32,000 nt of DNA from Nitrosarchaeum sp. (GCA_025699025.1 JAILWJ010000001.1:169148-201147); one strand, 5' to 3'. Positions 1-8,385 are shown, counted from the first letter of the stretch. The notes: generated by a model from the letters alone, not told the origin. Numbers and translations are program-made.

Positions 1-2
1 CT

Positions 3-248
3 AACGAGTGTCCAAACTGCTCATTTGCAGGAAAGGACACAAAGTCAAACAAATTCTCAGACGAGGAAAAAAACCAGTTTCCAAAGGGATATGCAGCTGA
101 GAAGTTTGCAAAGATGCAGACAGTGAAAAAAAGCGGTCAGGAGATAACCGAGTTTGTAAGAGATCAAAATAAACAGATAATTTTTGAGATGAAAAAAAGA
201 TGCCCCATATGCGGACATCGTGAGGATGTAAAGGAGGTTGCTAACTGA
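3..248 (+). CDS. C-terminal 81 codons of a protein truncated by the window edge; Zn-ribbon (CPNC ... CPIC) viral protein of unknown role
   Basis: Hand translation of the frame starting at nt 3 is stop-free to TGA 246-248: NECPNCSFAGKD...KKRCPICGHREDVKEVAN. The stop overlaps the next ATG (TGATG). The ORF is absent from the ORF track because it has no start inside the window. The antisense ORF 57..305 looks spurious. Confidence 0.5.
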   Translation, partial: NECPNCSFAGKDTKSNKFSDEEKNQFPKGYAAEKFAKMQTVKKSGQEITEFVRDQNKQIIFEMKKRCPICGHREDVKEVAN

Positions 249-1183
249 TGGTAACTGCAATAGTGCCTCACTCCCATGTAGACCTGGAAAAGGAAGTACA
301 GACAATCATCGAAGATGATGTACTGACCAACCCAACCAACATTGGCGTAATTCCGACAAATCCAACATTTCTTGCTGTAGGTCCAGACGGCGGCTCAATT
401 GTATCAACCTTTTCTCCTACCAAAAGAGACAGACGAAAGGCCGGAACCAGGACTAGAATCGGAATCAGTGTTACAAAAAAGAAATATACCGCAAGGCTTG
501 TCTTCAAGGCATCAGACAATAATCTGGCACTGCAAAAATGGTGCATAAACGAATCAGCAAAAGGCGGGACTGTAACTCCTGCAGCTACTAGAACTTTCCT
601 AAAATCGTATCTTGTCGGCGCAACTGAGACCTATGAGATATTCCGTGGCTGTGTCCCAGAAAAGACCAACATCGGAGTCTCAAAGGACGGTGAAATCATC
701 TATACTGTCGACCTCAAATGCAAGACAATAGTTGAGAACCAGACAGCAAACGGTGGAATAACTCTTGGAACTGGCGCATTTGCATCACCTGACACTGCAG
801 CACCTTGGAAGGCAAGCGATGGCGGAGCAAATGCATTTGCACACAACTCCATCAACTATGGATTGGAGGGAATGTCAATTGACATTACCAGGGAATACGC
901 AGTACAGGATCCGTCTGAGTCACTTGAAGACATGATGTATGCAGAGACCATCAACACTGTATCAGGCTCTGTGGATATCCAAAAATCAAACATTGCCATA
1001 TCCACAGATGCAAGGGCAACGACTCTCAGAGCAATGACGCTTGTACTCAAAGCCGCAACGCTTACCCTGACATTTGCCAATGCAAACTTTGACGGCCATA
1101 CTGGATTGGACCATGACCCGACAAGCTCGGCATTGCTTACAGACAGCGAGAACTTTACGGCAGACTCGGTGGTGGCAGCATGA
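248..1183 (+). CDS. Major virion structural protein, most consistent with a tail tube protein (a capsid protein is not excluded)
   Basis: 311 aa, rich in T/S/G/A/N, with mostly short beta-like segments and no long spine-type helix. It lies immediately upstream of the chaperone-like gene with the frameshift signature. Its start is coupled to the upstream ORF and its stop overlaps the next ATG (ATGA). Confidence 0.45.
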   Translation: MVTAIVPHSHVDLEKEVQTIIEDDVLTNPTNIGVIPTNPTFLAVGPDGGSIVSTFSPTKRDRRKAGTRTRIGISVTKKKYTARLVFKASDNNLALQKWCINESAKGGTVTPAATRTFLKSYLVGATETYEIFRGCVPEKTNIGVSKDGEIIYTVDLKCKTIVENQTANGGITLGTGAFASPDTAAPWKASDGGANAFAHNSINYGLEGMSIDITREYAVQDPSESLEDMMYAETINTVSGSVDIQKSNIAISTDARATTLRAMTLVLKAATLTLTFANANFDGHTGLDHDPTSSALLTDSENFTADSVVAA

Positions 1184-1602
1184 GTCAGGAAGAAGAAAAG
1201 AAATTCCGTGGCATTGACCAAGCCACTGGGAAGTATTTTATCAATTATGGTGAAATCACCTGGACTATACGAAAAGACGGTCATCTTCCACAATACACTG
1301 ACAAGATTGAGGCCATAGTTGAAAAATTTGAAAAATCAATAAAAGAAAAGGAAGATGGAATAATTACGGTAAAAGAAGCACTGAAAATCAGCAGGGAGTG
1401 CTCCAAAGAGATTCTTGAGATTGGGTTAGTCGACTTCAATTATGATGATGTACTTGCAAAGATAGGATATGCAGAAATTGACAAAATCGCAGTGGATCTC
1501 AAACTTCTTTTTTTAGACGTTGGCGGCCTGGGCGAATACCTGCACTCGCAACAGCAGTTAGAAAAGGCAATACGAAGTGGATTCCATGGTTTGAGGGTCT
1601 AG
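1180..1602 (+). CDS. Tail assembly chaperone-like protein (G-like), 140 aa
   Basis: A small acidic helical protein. It contains the slippery heptamer at codons 111-112, and the -1 frame is open from 1482 to 1745. No sequence motif was recognised; the call is by position. Confidence 0.4.
   Translation: MSQEEEKKFRGIDQATGKYFINYGEITWTIRKDGHLPQYTDKIEAIVEKFEKSIKEKEDGIITVKEALKISRECSKEILEIGLVDFNYDDVLAKIGYAEIDKIAVDLKLLFLDVGGLGEYLHSQQQLEKAIRSGFHGLRV
1509..1515 (+). promoter_or_regulatory. Candidate -1 programmed ribosomal frameshift slippery heptamer T_TTT_TTA
   Basis: The heptamer has X_XXY_YYZ form in the zero frame of ORF 1180 (codons TTT 1510-1512 and TTA 1513-1515, preceded by T 1509). A locally GC-rich stretch (GGCGGCCTGGGCG) starts 6 nt downstream. 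Confidence 0.35.
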
Positions 1603-1745
1603 ACGAGATCTATCAATCATTTGTATTGTTCACACATATCCGAAGCAATCTCTTTGAAATTCACAAACTCATAACTGGCAGAGAAATGACAAAGCAGGAC
1701 CTGCAAGAGTATGCAGTATGTTTTGACCACTGGGGTCCATCATGA
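1515..1745 (+). CDS. -1 frame extension (T-like part of a putative G/GT-type fusion, about 188 aa total); alternatively a small independent ORF from TTG 1626
   Basis: The frame with codon starts divisible by 3 has no stop from 1482 to TGA 1743-1745 (88 codons). It has no ATG until 1686. Its stop overlaps the ATG of the next gene (ATGA). Otherwise there would be an unexplained 139-nt gap in a gap-free module. Confidence 0.35.
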   Translation, partial: RRWRPGRIPALATAVRKGNTKWIPWFEGLDEIYQSFVLFTHIRSNLFEIHKLITGREMTKQDLQEYAVCFDHWGPS

Positions 1746-2302
1746 GTTTCAAGTGGGTCTCAAACAGCAACGTAAAACTGGAAGTCATGTTTGATGAAAT
1801 TGGCAACAAGTATTCTCATCTAGGTCCAAAAATTCTCACTGCCCTTGGAAACAGATTGGTTGATCTAATCCAGGAGAATGCACCATACAGTTCAGGAGCG
1901 TATGCAGAAGGATGGAAGCTTGACCAAGTAAGCCAGACAAAAGCAATAATATCAAATCCTGACGGAAAGAAATTCACAATACTGGAATTCACTGGAAAAA
2001 GACCTACCCATATTGAGGCAAAAAGGGCTAAAGCACTTCATTTTGTAATTGACGGGCAGGATGTGTTTGTGAAGTTTTCAAATCCAGGAGGGTTTGCTGC
2101 AAAACCACACGTGAGACCTGCAATGAAACAACTGATGCGGGAAGCAAGGGATATCATCTATGCTGTATTGGGAGATGAGCTAAAAATGTTCAAGGAAGTG
2201 GCAAAACCATACAAGCTAAAAGCATCAAGGACGGTTCAAAAGAAGACCGGCAGAAAAAGACTGAGAAGAAAGGGAAGTTTCAGAAGTAAGAACGTAACCT
2301 AA
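1742..2302 (+). CDS. HK97 gp10-like neck / tail-completion family protein with a basic C-terminal tail
   Basis: Motif pattern recalled from the HK97 gp10 family: ENAPYSSGAYAEGW (AP-x-x-TG-x-L-type), ILEFTGKRP (VEFGT-type) and AAKPHVRPAMKQ (ARPFLRPA-type). The C-terminus KKTGRKRLRRKGSFRSKN is strongly basic. Confidence 0.45.
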   Translation: MSFKWVSNSNVKLEVMFDEIGNKYSHLGPKILTALGNRLVDLIQENAPYSSGAYAEGWKLDQVSQTKAIISNPDGKKFTILEFTGKRPTHIEAKRAKALHFVIDGQDVFVKFSNPGGFAAKPHVRPAMKQLMREARDIIYAVLGDELKMFKEVAKPYKLKASRTVQKKTGRKRLRRKGSFRSKNVT

Positions 2303-2529
2303 TCTAACTTTTTGGATATCACATCTAATTTTTCAATAATCATAAAATTCATGCCAATGTCAATTATTGCCTGTTCCTGTAAATCCTTTGATGGATATCC
2401 GTTTCGCTCCATTACCTCAGCGCATTTTTTTACAAACTCTTTCCTGATGTTGTGTCTTTCCATAACTGACATGATGCAAACTATCAATTCTTCTCTTTTA
2501 ACTTTTTCATGCCTAGATACGTATGTCAC
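2299..2529 (-). CDS. Small (76 aa) antisense-oriented helical protein of unknown function (moron-like insert)
   Basis: This is the only minus-strand gene in the module. It fills the 220-nt AT-rich gap exactly, overlapping the upstream gene's stop by 4 nt and the tape-measure start by 7 nt. The sequence is charged and helical and looks protein-like, unlike the Cys/Phe/Ser-rich plus-strand alternative 2312..2551. Confidence 0.5.
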   Translation of the reverse strand: MTYVSRHEKVKREELIVCIMSVMERHNIRKEFVKKCAEVMERNGYPSKDLQEQAIIDIGMNFMIIEKLDVISKKLD

Positions 2530-4556
2530 AGAATCTCAAGGCAACTGCTGAGATTGAACTAAGGGGAGATAAGTTCACACGTCCTGCAAAAGAGGCCAAG
2601 GATGCAATATCCAATCTGGGTGTCCAGGGCAGACAGGCAATGCAGAATCTTGAGACGGGTTCCAATCAGGCAGCTACGTCAGTCAAAAAGACAGCTGCAG
2701 AAATCAATGCTGCAAGGACTGCCACTCTGGGAATGGCTGGCTCCGTGGCAGGATTGGCAGCTTCGTTTGTGGGATTGGAAACCTCAATATCAAATATTCC
2801 AACCGCACTTAACGCAATAACAAAAGCCGAAGTCGGATTAAAGAGAGCTCAGGATTTACTTGCAACACAACAGCTTACACTAAAAAGAATAGATGCACAA
2901 TTAGAAGAGGCAAGGAGTACTGGGAAAAAAACAACTGCAGAACTTGCATTGCTTGAAGAAAAAAGGGCAATAATAATGCAGAAACTGTCTACTGCCACAG
3001 AAGATCTTGCAGCAAAACAAGAAGACCTCAATCTGAAAAATGATGCATATATAGACACACTCAAGCTGTTTGCAACATCTGTAGGTACAACTATACTCAC
3101 TGCATTTACATCTGTTACAATCATCCTGACACAGCAGGCAACACAAGCAAATCTCACAACCGGTGCTTACATCAGATTGAAATTGCAAATGCTTTCAGCT
3201 TCACTTGCTCAACGTGGATTCACATTATCTACAATTGCATCCACATTCTCGCTTACAGGACTCAGGGCTGCAATGACAGCTGTATCAACACATCCACTAA
3301 TGACAATTGCATTGGTCACTGCTGCAGCAGCTATGGCAGCATATGAAACCAACGTGCTTGGATTACGAGACGCATTATCATCTCTAGCTGGAACCGAACT
3401 TCCTACAATATCAGGATTGATGACAAATCTCACCGGAACCGTACTTCCAGAAGCACAGGGTGGTGTAGAAGATACCACAAAGGCAATAGATCAGGCGACT
3501 CTGGCAACAGAACAATTCAACGATACCTTATCACCTGGCTCTACAAATGCCCTTGGCGAATTCAGCGGTGCACTGACTGAGGTAAGCAGTCCGGGAGGAC
3601 CATTAAATGAATTTGCACTTGCAATAGGCAACGCAATCACAAAGGGAAGCGAGTTTGCACAAATCTACGCAAAGGATGGAACAACTGCAATCCTGACTGC
3701 AGGAAAGAACGTGAAGATATTCACTGACGAGGTAAATGATGCTTCCGAAGCTATTGACAATTTAAAAAAAAACTTAGATAAAGTAGAGCACAAGATAATC
3801 GTCAATCCTGAGCTTGCCCAGTATATCACGGACCCGTTCAACACAAACCCACAGGTTGCAGCATTTCTGAAATTCCTTGCAGAAAAGAACAGGCGCAAGG
3901 TTCCACAGGTGGCAGGATTGAAAGTCTTTGGCTCTGGTGTTTCAATTCCAAGCACAACGCAGTTTGCAGGCAGAAGCCTGAAACGTGCAGCTGGAAGAAG
4001 TGCAAAGTTTGGAGGCTCCAACGTGACACTGAAAAACAAGCTGAATCGTGAATTTGAAAAAATCAGCAACAGATTTGAGTCAATCTCTGGAATGTCATTA
4101 AACCAGCTTTCTAGTATCACAGGACTGCAATTACGACACGGGCTATTGCATGGAATGGGAGGCAGAAATGCATTACGACAGACCACGTTTACAAACTATG
4201 ACGCATATGTTGAGGCTCAGGCTAGCGCTGCATCCCAGGCAGATGCAGAAAGACAGCGTGTGATGAACAATATAGCAGAGGTGGAACTAAGAATTGCACT
4301 TGCAGATGAATTATTCTCGCTTGATCCTGCACAATATGGAAGCTTTGAGTCACTTCTAAGAACAGATTCACATGTACTACAGCACCAACTTGCAGTCGAA
4401 AATCAAGAGATTACACAGATATCAAATCTGACAAATCTTTCATCATCTCAGATAACACAGATGAGGCAGACAGAGCAGGGAAGATCCGATATTGCAGGAA
4501 TATCACTATACATGCAGAGGACGCAGAAGGAGATGCTAGTCTCTTCTACTGTATGA
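2523..4556 (+). CDS. Tape measure protein-like (677 aa)
   Basis: It is the largest gene of the module. The N-terminal part is heptad-like and Q/A/L/K-rich (LKRAQDLLATQQLTLKRIDAQLEEAR...). There are two long hydrophobic A/T/G-rich segments (LFATSVGTTILTAFTSVTIILTQQ and HPLMTIALVTAAAAMAAYE). The C-terminus is Q/S/A-rich and helical. The gene sits directly upstream of the tail-tip genes. Confidence 0.6.
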   Translation: MSQNLKATAEIELRGDKFTRPAKEAKDAISNLGVQGRQAMQNLETGSNQAATSVKKTAAEINAARTATLGMAGSVAGLAASFVGLETSISNIPTALNAITKAEVGLKRAQDLLATQQLTLKRIDAQLEEARSTGKKTTAELALLEEKRAIIMQKLSTATEDLAAKQEDLNLKNDAYIDTLKLFATSVGTTILTAFTSVTIILTQQATQANLTTGAYIRLKLQMLSASLAQRGFTLSTIASTFSLTGLRAAMTAVSTHPLMTIALVTAAAAMAAYETNVLGLRDALSSLAGTELPTISGLMTNLTGTVLPEAQGGVEDTTKAIDQATLATEQFNDTLSPGSTNALGEFSGALTEVSSPGGPLNEFALAIGNAITKGSEFAQIYAKDGTTAILTAGKNVKIFTDEVNDASEAIDNLKKNLDKVEHKIIVNPELAQYITDPFNTNPQVAAFLKFLAEKNRRKVPQVAGLKVFGSGVSIPSTTQFAGRSLKRAAGRSAKFGGSNVTLKNKLNREFEKISNRFESISGMSLNQLSSITGLQLRHGLLHGMGGRNALRQTTFTNYDAYVEAQASAASQADAERQRVMNNIAEVELRIALADELFSLDPAQYGSFESLLRTDSHVLQHQLAVENQEITQISNLTNLSSSQITQMRQTEQGRSDIAGISLYMQRTQKEMLVSSTV

Positions 4557-4557
4557 C

Positions 4558-6243
4558 ATGGCAACAATCCCGGCAGGGTATGACCCGACAGGGTTATCCC
4601 CCAAGATACAAATCATTGACGAGAATGACACGGTCCAGTACACTTACGAGTCCGACCAGATAGCAGAATCACCGGAACAGGACTTTGACCTGGAATCGTG
4701 GAATCTTTACAGAGGGGTGAACACGGAGCATGGAAACTGTGTGATAGTAATTGACGACCCGGACAAGGACCTGCTGGACCTGACAGACGCAAGACGGGAA
4801 TCAAAAATCAAGGGAACATGGATGCTAAAGATGTTTCTTGGAAAAAACTCGACAAATGTAAACGAGTGGTTCAGAGGATACATACTTGGCAATGACCCAA
4901 ATTTTCCAGATCCAGGAGAGACAAAGCACAGAATCATCGCATATGGCGAATCAATCAAGACTGCATATTACAAGACAATAATGAGGTTCTTCCAGAAAAA
5001 AGAGGCAGACGGTGAGACACTTGATGCCACGGATGCTGATGCAAAACTCTCAGAGATTTTCAAGAGGCTGATTCTAAACACCGACCACCTGGCAGTACCC
5101 GGAATGCCATCGCTTGGATTCACAGTAAACGGGGTCCAGGATATGGATATCAAGATACCTGATTTTCAGAAAAACTTTGACAGTATAGGTCAAGCATGCA
5201 ATGAGCTTGCAGGAATTGGCTCGGCATATTATGGGGTAGAACTTGGCGATGCATACCTGAGAAGACGTGACAGTGTGGATTCTGGATTTCTGGTAACCAA
5301 TATGGATTATGACAACATCATAAAGACCAACTGGAACCAGGACAAGGTGGCCTACCTGCTTAATGCCCCACGTGGATGGTCAAATGATTTTTCTGATTAC
5401 GGAATCGGGTTCTTTAACGGATTAAACACGCAAAAGCCAATCAAGGACCAGGAGCAGACAAGTGCAAATGCAGCACTGAATCTTTCATCAAAGCATATTT
5501 CATTTCCAATAATTCCGGGAAGAGACAATGTCCTAAAGATCGCGCCGTTTCTTGCTAAAGTCGGGACGATATCAAAAGACCTTACAGTAAAGATATGCGG
5601 GGATGATGGAACAGGCAAGCCAAATCCGGAAGACATCAGGGTCAAGAAGATAATCAAGGGAGGCCAGCTTCAAAACGAGCTTGCATCAGCGAAATACTTT
5701 GAGATACTGTTCAACAAGTTTTCGGTGCTTCCTGCAACGACCATACACTGTGTAATTGACAAGTTTGCAGATGCTGTAAACTATATCACGCTTGACTATC
5801 AGACAGGAACTGGAACATATCATGACTCTGATGACGGCATAGCATGGACAGCACGGACAGGTGACATCAAGTTTAGAGAATATGCTGCAAAGACAACACA
5901 CGTACTGTGTGAAAATACTGTTGCCTCAAAAAAGTTTGCCGGAATGAAAAGGCAGATGAATGTACCAATGACCAACTTCAAGAGTAACGAGATGGCACTG
6001 GTCGCACTTGCAGGAATTGCCACATCCAGGGGGAAGCAGAGAAGACGATATCCATCATTTATGGTCTCAGCGCCAACATTGCCGTTACATCTTGGAAAGA
6101 CGTTCAGGTACATTGACATCAGAACTGGGCTACAATTCCAGCCAAATCTCATATCATATGAGTTGGGAGGCTCGGCATATGACAAGCAGAGCAACCTTGG
6201 CGCAACTGAAATTTCTCTGACAATGGAAGAGTGGGGGTACTAA
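4558..6243 (+). CDS. Tail-tip / baseplate protein candidate (in the Dit/Tal position), 561 aa
   Basis: It starts 1 nt after the tape-measure stop. No motif was recognised, so the call is positional only. Confidence 0.35.
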   Translation: MATIPAGYDPTGLSPKIQIIDENDTVQYTYESDQIAESPEQDFDLESWNLYRGVNTEHGNCVIVIDDPDKDLLDLTDARRESKIKGTWMLKMFLGKNSTNVNEWFRGYILGNDPNFPDPGETKHRIIAYGESIKTAYYKTIMRFFQKKEADGETLDATDADAKLSEIFKRLILNTDHLAVPGMPSLGFTVNGVQDMDIKIPDFQKNFDSIGQACNELAGIGSAYYGVELGDAYLRRRDSVDSGFLVTNMDYDNIIKTNWNQDKVAYLLNAPRGWSNDFSDYGIGFFNGLNTQKPIKDQEQTSANAALNLSSKHISFPIIPGRDNVLKIAPFLAKVGTISKDLTVKICGDDGTGKPNPEDIRVKKIIKGGQLQNELASAKYFEILFNKFSVLPATTIHCVIDKFADAVNYITLDYQTGTGTYHDSDDGIAWTARTGDIKFREYAAKTTHVLCENTVASKKFAGMKRQMNVPMTNFKSNEMALVALAGIATSRGKQRRRYPSFMVSAPTLPLHLGKTFRYIDIRTGLQFQPNLISYELGGSAYDKQSNLGATEISLTMEEWGY

Positions 6244-6244
6244 C

Positions 6245-7201
6245 ATGTCATCTACTGATTTTGGTGAGGATCTGTCAAGATCCAACCTGTCACTGGAAAT
6301 GATTGCAAAGCTGATGACTGCAGCACAACAACAGAACCTTCCAGTCGAGGATGACTTGACTCCGGACTATGAGACAGTGTCACCACTTGAAGACATACAT
6401 GATGTATCAATAATTGCAGGTATTGTTGATTTGAACAAGGAGGAAACAGTTGACCATGTTCAGGAATTACCATATCTGATGAGAACGCCTGAAAACCCAT
6501 ATCCTTACGATTTGATTCATACTACAGTTGGAAGTGGATTTGGATTTCCGGACTCTGGAAAAAAACATGCAGGAAGAATCTCAGACAATGCTAATACTCA
6601 CATCAAGGTGGATCATGATGCAGATGCTGCAAGGCTTGACATGGGGGCAGGAACCTTTGCCATTGCCTTTTGGATTATCAAGACATCCTCTGGAACATAT
6701 GGAATTGTAACAAAAAGAGATATTGCAAACACAACAAATGCAGGAATTGAAATATGGGTAGACAACACGACAATATATGTCAGGATTGCAGACGGGACAA
6801 ACTCTGTACTGCTTTCTGGAACACTTGCAGCGTTAAATGACGGCAACTGGCATAGTGTAATCATAAACATTCCAGATACTGGCAACCTTGAGATATTCAT
6901 TGACAACGTCTCAAAGGGGACAGTATCACGTGGCTCTGTTGCAAGCATCAACAATACAAGGGACGTAATTATCTGCGGACGTGACAACAATGGAACCATC
7001 CAGGACAAGCTTGTGGGAGATTTTGCCTGGTTTGTGTGGAAGAAAACCGAAATATTTGATGCCACACAGAGAAATGACTTTCACTCAAACGGACTGCTTG
7101 ACCTGGCAGCAAGCGCCGATGTCGAGGTCATAACCATTCCTGGAATCCTTAATGAAAACCCAATGCCAAATTGTACTCCATCTCTGTTTTCTACTGCATA
7201 A
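6245..7201 (+). CDS. LamG / concanavalin A-like jelly-roll domain protein (putative tail fibre or receptor-binding protein 1)
   Basis: C-terminal Laminin_G_3-type pattern: GTFAIAFWIIKTS...GIEIWVDNTTIYVRIADG...LNDGNWHSVIINIPDTGNLEIFIDNVSKG...LVGDFAWFVWKK. Confidence 0.6.
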   Translation: MSSTDFGEDLSRSNLSLEMIAKLMTAAQQQNLPVEDDLTPDYETVSPLEDIHDVSIIAGIVDLNKEETVDHVQELPYLMRTPENPYPYDLIHTTVGSGFGFPDSGKKHAGRISDNANTHIKVDHDADAARLDMGAGTFAIAFWIIKTSSGTYGIVTKRDIANTTNAGIEIWVDNTTIYVRIADGTNSVLLSGTLAALNDGNWHSVIINIPDTGNLEIFIDNVSKGTVSRGSVASINNTRDVIICGRDNNGTIQDKLVGDFAWFVWKKTEIFDATQRNDFHSNGLLDLAASADVEVITIPGILNENPMPNCTPSLFSTA

Positions 7202-7235
7202 TGATTCTCTTTTGAATTTCAGTATTAATTATTAC

Positions 7236-7520
7236 ATGTTCACTGAGGAACAGAAAAGCATCATTATCGGATATGCAGACAAATGCGTTGCTGAACTGCA
7301 GTCCAGTATTTCAAAAATAACAAACAGAAAAGAGCAATTCATCGCATCAAACGGCAACACCGAAAAGATGATGGAAAAAGACCTCACCAAATTGACAATG
7401 AAGGAGCTCAAAACAAAAGCCATAGTGTTAAACAAATTCCGCTCGGAGCTGACCAATACGGGATCATGGGTACTTTTTGAACTGGAGAAGGTTGACAAGG
7501 AGATAGTGAGAAGACAGTGA
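7236..7520 (+). CDS. Small coiled-coil protein (94 aa), unknown function
   Basis: ATG 7236 is preferred over track start 7152, which would overlap the upstream gene by 50 nt and add a Cys/Leu/His-rich junk-like N-terminus. The sequence is K/E-rich and helical. Confidence 0.5.
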   Translation: MFTEEQKSIIIGYADKCVAELQSSISKITNRKEQFIASNGNTEKMMEKDLTKLTMKELKTKAIVLNKFRSELTNTGSWVLFELEKVDKEIVRRQ

Positions 7521-7675
7521 GTTCAAGGGAAGACCGTGACAAGCTAGAGTTTCAGGCAAGAATTGCAAGAGAGACAAAGATGCCAAAGCCTTTAAAAAAA
7601 TCCAAAATGCGATTACTACAAAAAACAGAAGAGTCAAAGAACCAGGAACACTTTGATTATCTGGAAAACCTGTAA
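7517..7675 (+). CDS. Possible small basic ORF (52 aa, GTG start)
   Basis: GTG 7517 overlaps the upstream stop (GTGA). The frame is open to TAA 7673-7675 and gives VSSREDRDKLEFQARIARETKMPKPLKKSKMRLLQKTEESKNQEHFDYLENL. It would fill an otherwise empty 190-nt gap. It is below the ORF-track size cut-off. Confidence 0.25.
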   Translation: MSSREDRDKLEFQARIARETKMPKPLKKSKMRLLQKTEESKNQEHFDYLENL

Positions 7676-7711
7676 TGCTTCTTTTGTTGAATTTTTCCAA
7701 AACATTCTCAG

Positions 7712-8383
7712 ATGAGACTATCCAAGAAAGACGAGTTAGAGTTTGTTAGATTATTCAAATTAAAACATGGCGTGCCGCCAAACCATGCATCAATCAAGTT
7801 CAGCCAGTGGAATGTTTCCGTGTGGAATGACGATGATATTTGCAGTATTGTTGCAAAACCGTCACATGTAATGTCAGAACTTGATGCGTTATGGGCAGAG
7901 ATTGCAAGTACTGACAGAAACACGGTTGTCAGACCTGTTCTCTCAGAATACAGGACTTCGGCAATGCAAGAACCAATACTGTATCAAAAAAACATTGACA
8001 ATATTCTGACAAATCTTGGGATGAAGAACATGGCTCAGCTAAGTACTGCAGACTCTGTAAAGACAAACACACACTGCTATGTGGGTGATTCGGCGACACC
8101 TGAGGATGTAGGGGATGACCAGCTTGGAAATCAGCTTGCTGCAAAGGCATTTGACTCAGACGGAGATCGAGAAACAGTAGACCAACAGGAAAGATATGCA
8201 ATGGCATTTTTCAGGTCAGACTTTGTTTCCGATGTAATACTAAAGGAGGCCGGCATAGGAACGGGAACTACACCACCGACTGATATTCTTACTGCACATG
8301 TTACCTTTGCAGACAAGCCAATTGGTGCAGGACAGACAATGACCGTGCAGATAACTGTCACTCATAAAAATGGGACGTCATAG
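7712..8383 (+). CDS. Virion-associated hypothetical protein (223 aa)
   Basis: The gene lies between the two LamG genes and its stop is 2 nt before the next ATG. No motif was recognised. Confidence 0.45.
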   Translation: MRLSKKDELEFVRLFKLKHGVPPNHASIKFSQWNVSVWNDDDICSIVAKPSHVMSELDALWAEIASTDRNTVVRPVLSEYRTSAMQEPILYQKNIDNILTNLGMKNMAQLSTADSVKTNTHCYVGDSATPEDVGDDQLGNQLAAKAFDSDGDRETVDQQERYAMAFFRSDFVSDVILKEAGIGTGTTPPTDILTAHVTFADKPIGAGQTMTVQITVTHKNGTS

Positions 8384-8385
8384 AC

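Noticed and set aside
57-546. Minus-strand ORFs 57..305 and 268..546
   Set aside because: They are antisense to the better-supported plus-strand genes (partial Zn-ribbon ORF 3-248 and the 311-aa gene). Their sequences are junk-like, rich in Leu/Phe/Ser/Cys.
2312-2551. Plus-strand 79-aa ORF in the gap before the tape measure
   Set aside because: Its composition (Cys/Phe/Ser/Ile-rich, no charged helices) looks like the mirror of the more protein-like minus-strand ORF 2299..2529. It would also overlap the tape-measure start out of frame.
2602-4186. Several ORFs inside or antisense to the tape-measure gene (2602..2820, 2849..3157, 2901..3188, 3209..3478, 3665..4186, 3838..4029)
   Set aside because: They are shadow ORFs of a long Ala/Gln/Thr-rich gene. 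They are Cys/Ser/Phe-rich with no independent start context.
7152-7235. Track start at 7152 for the 122-aa ORF
   Set aside because: It overlaps the upstream LamG gene by 50 nt and adds an implausible N-terminus (MKTQCQIVLHLCFLLHNDSLL...). ATG 7236 is preferred.
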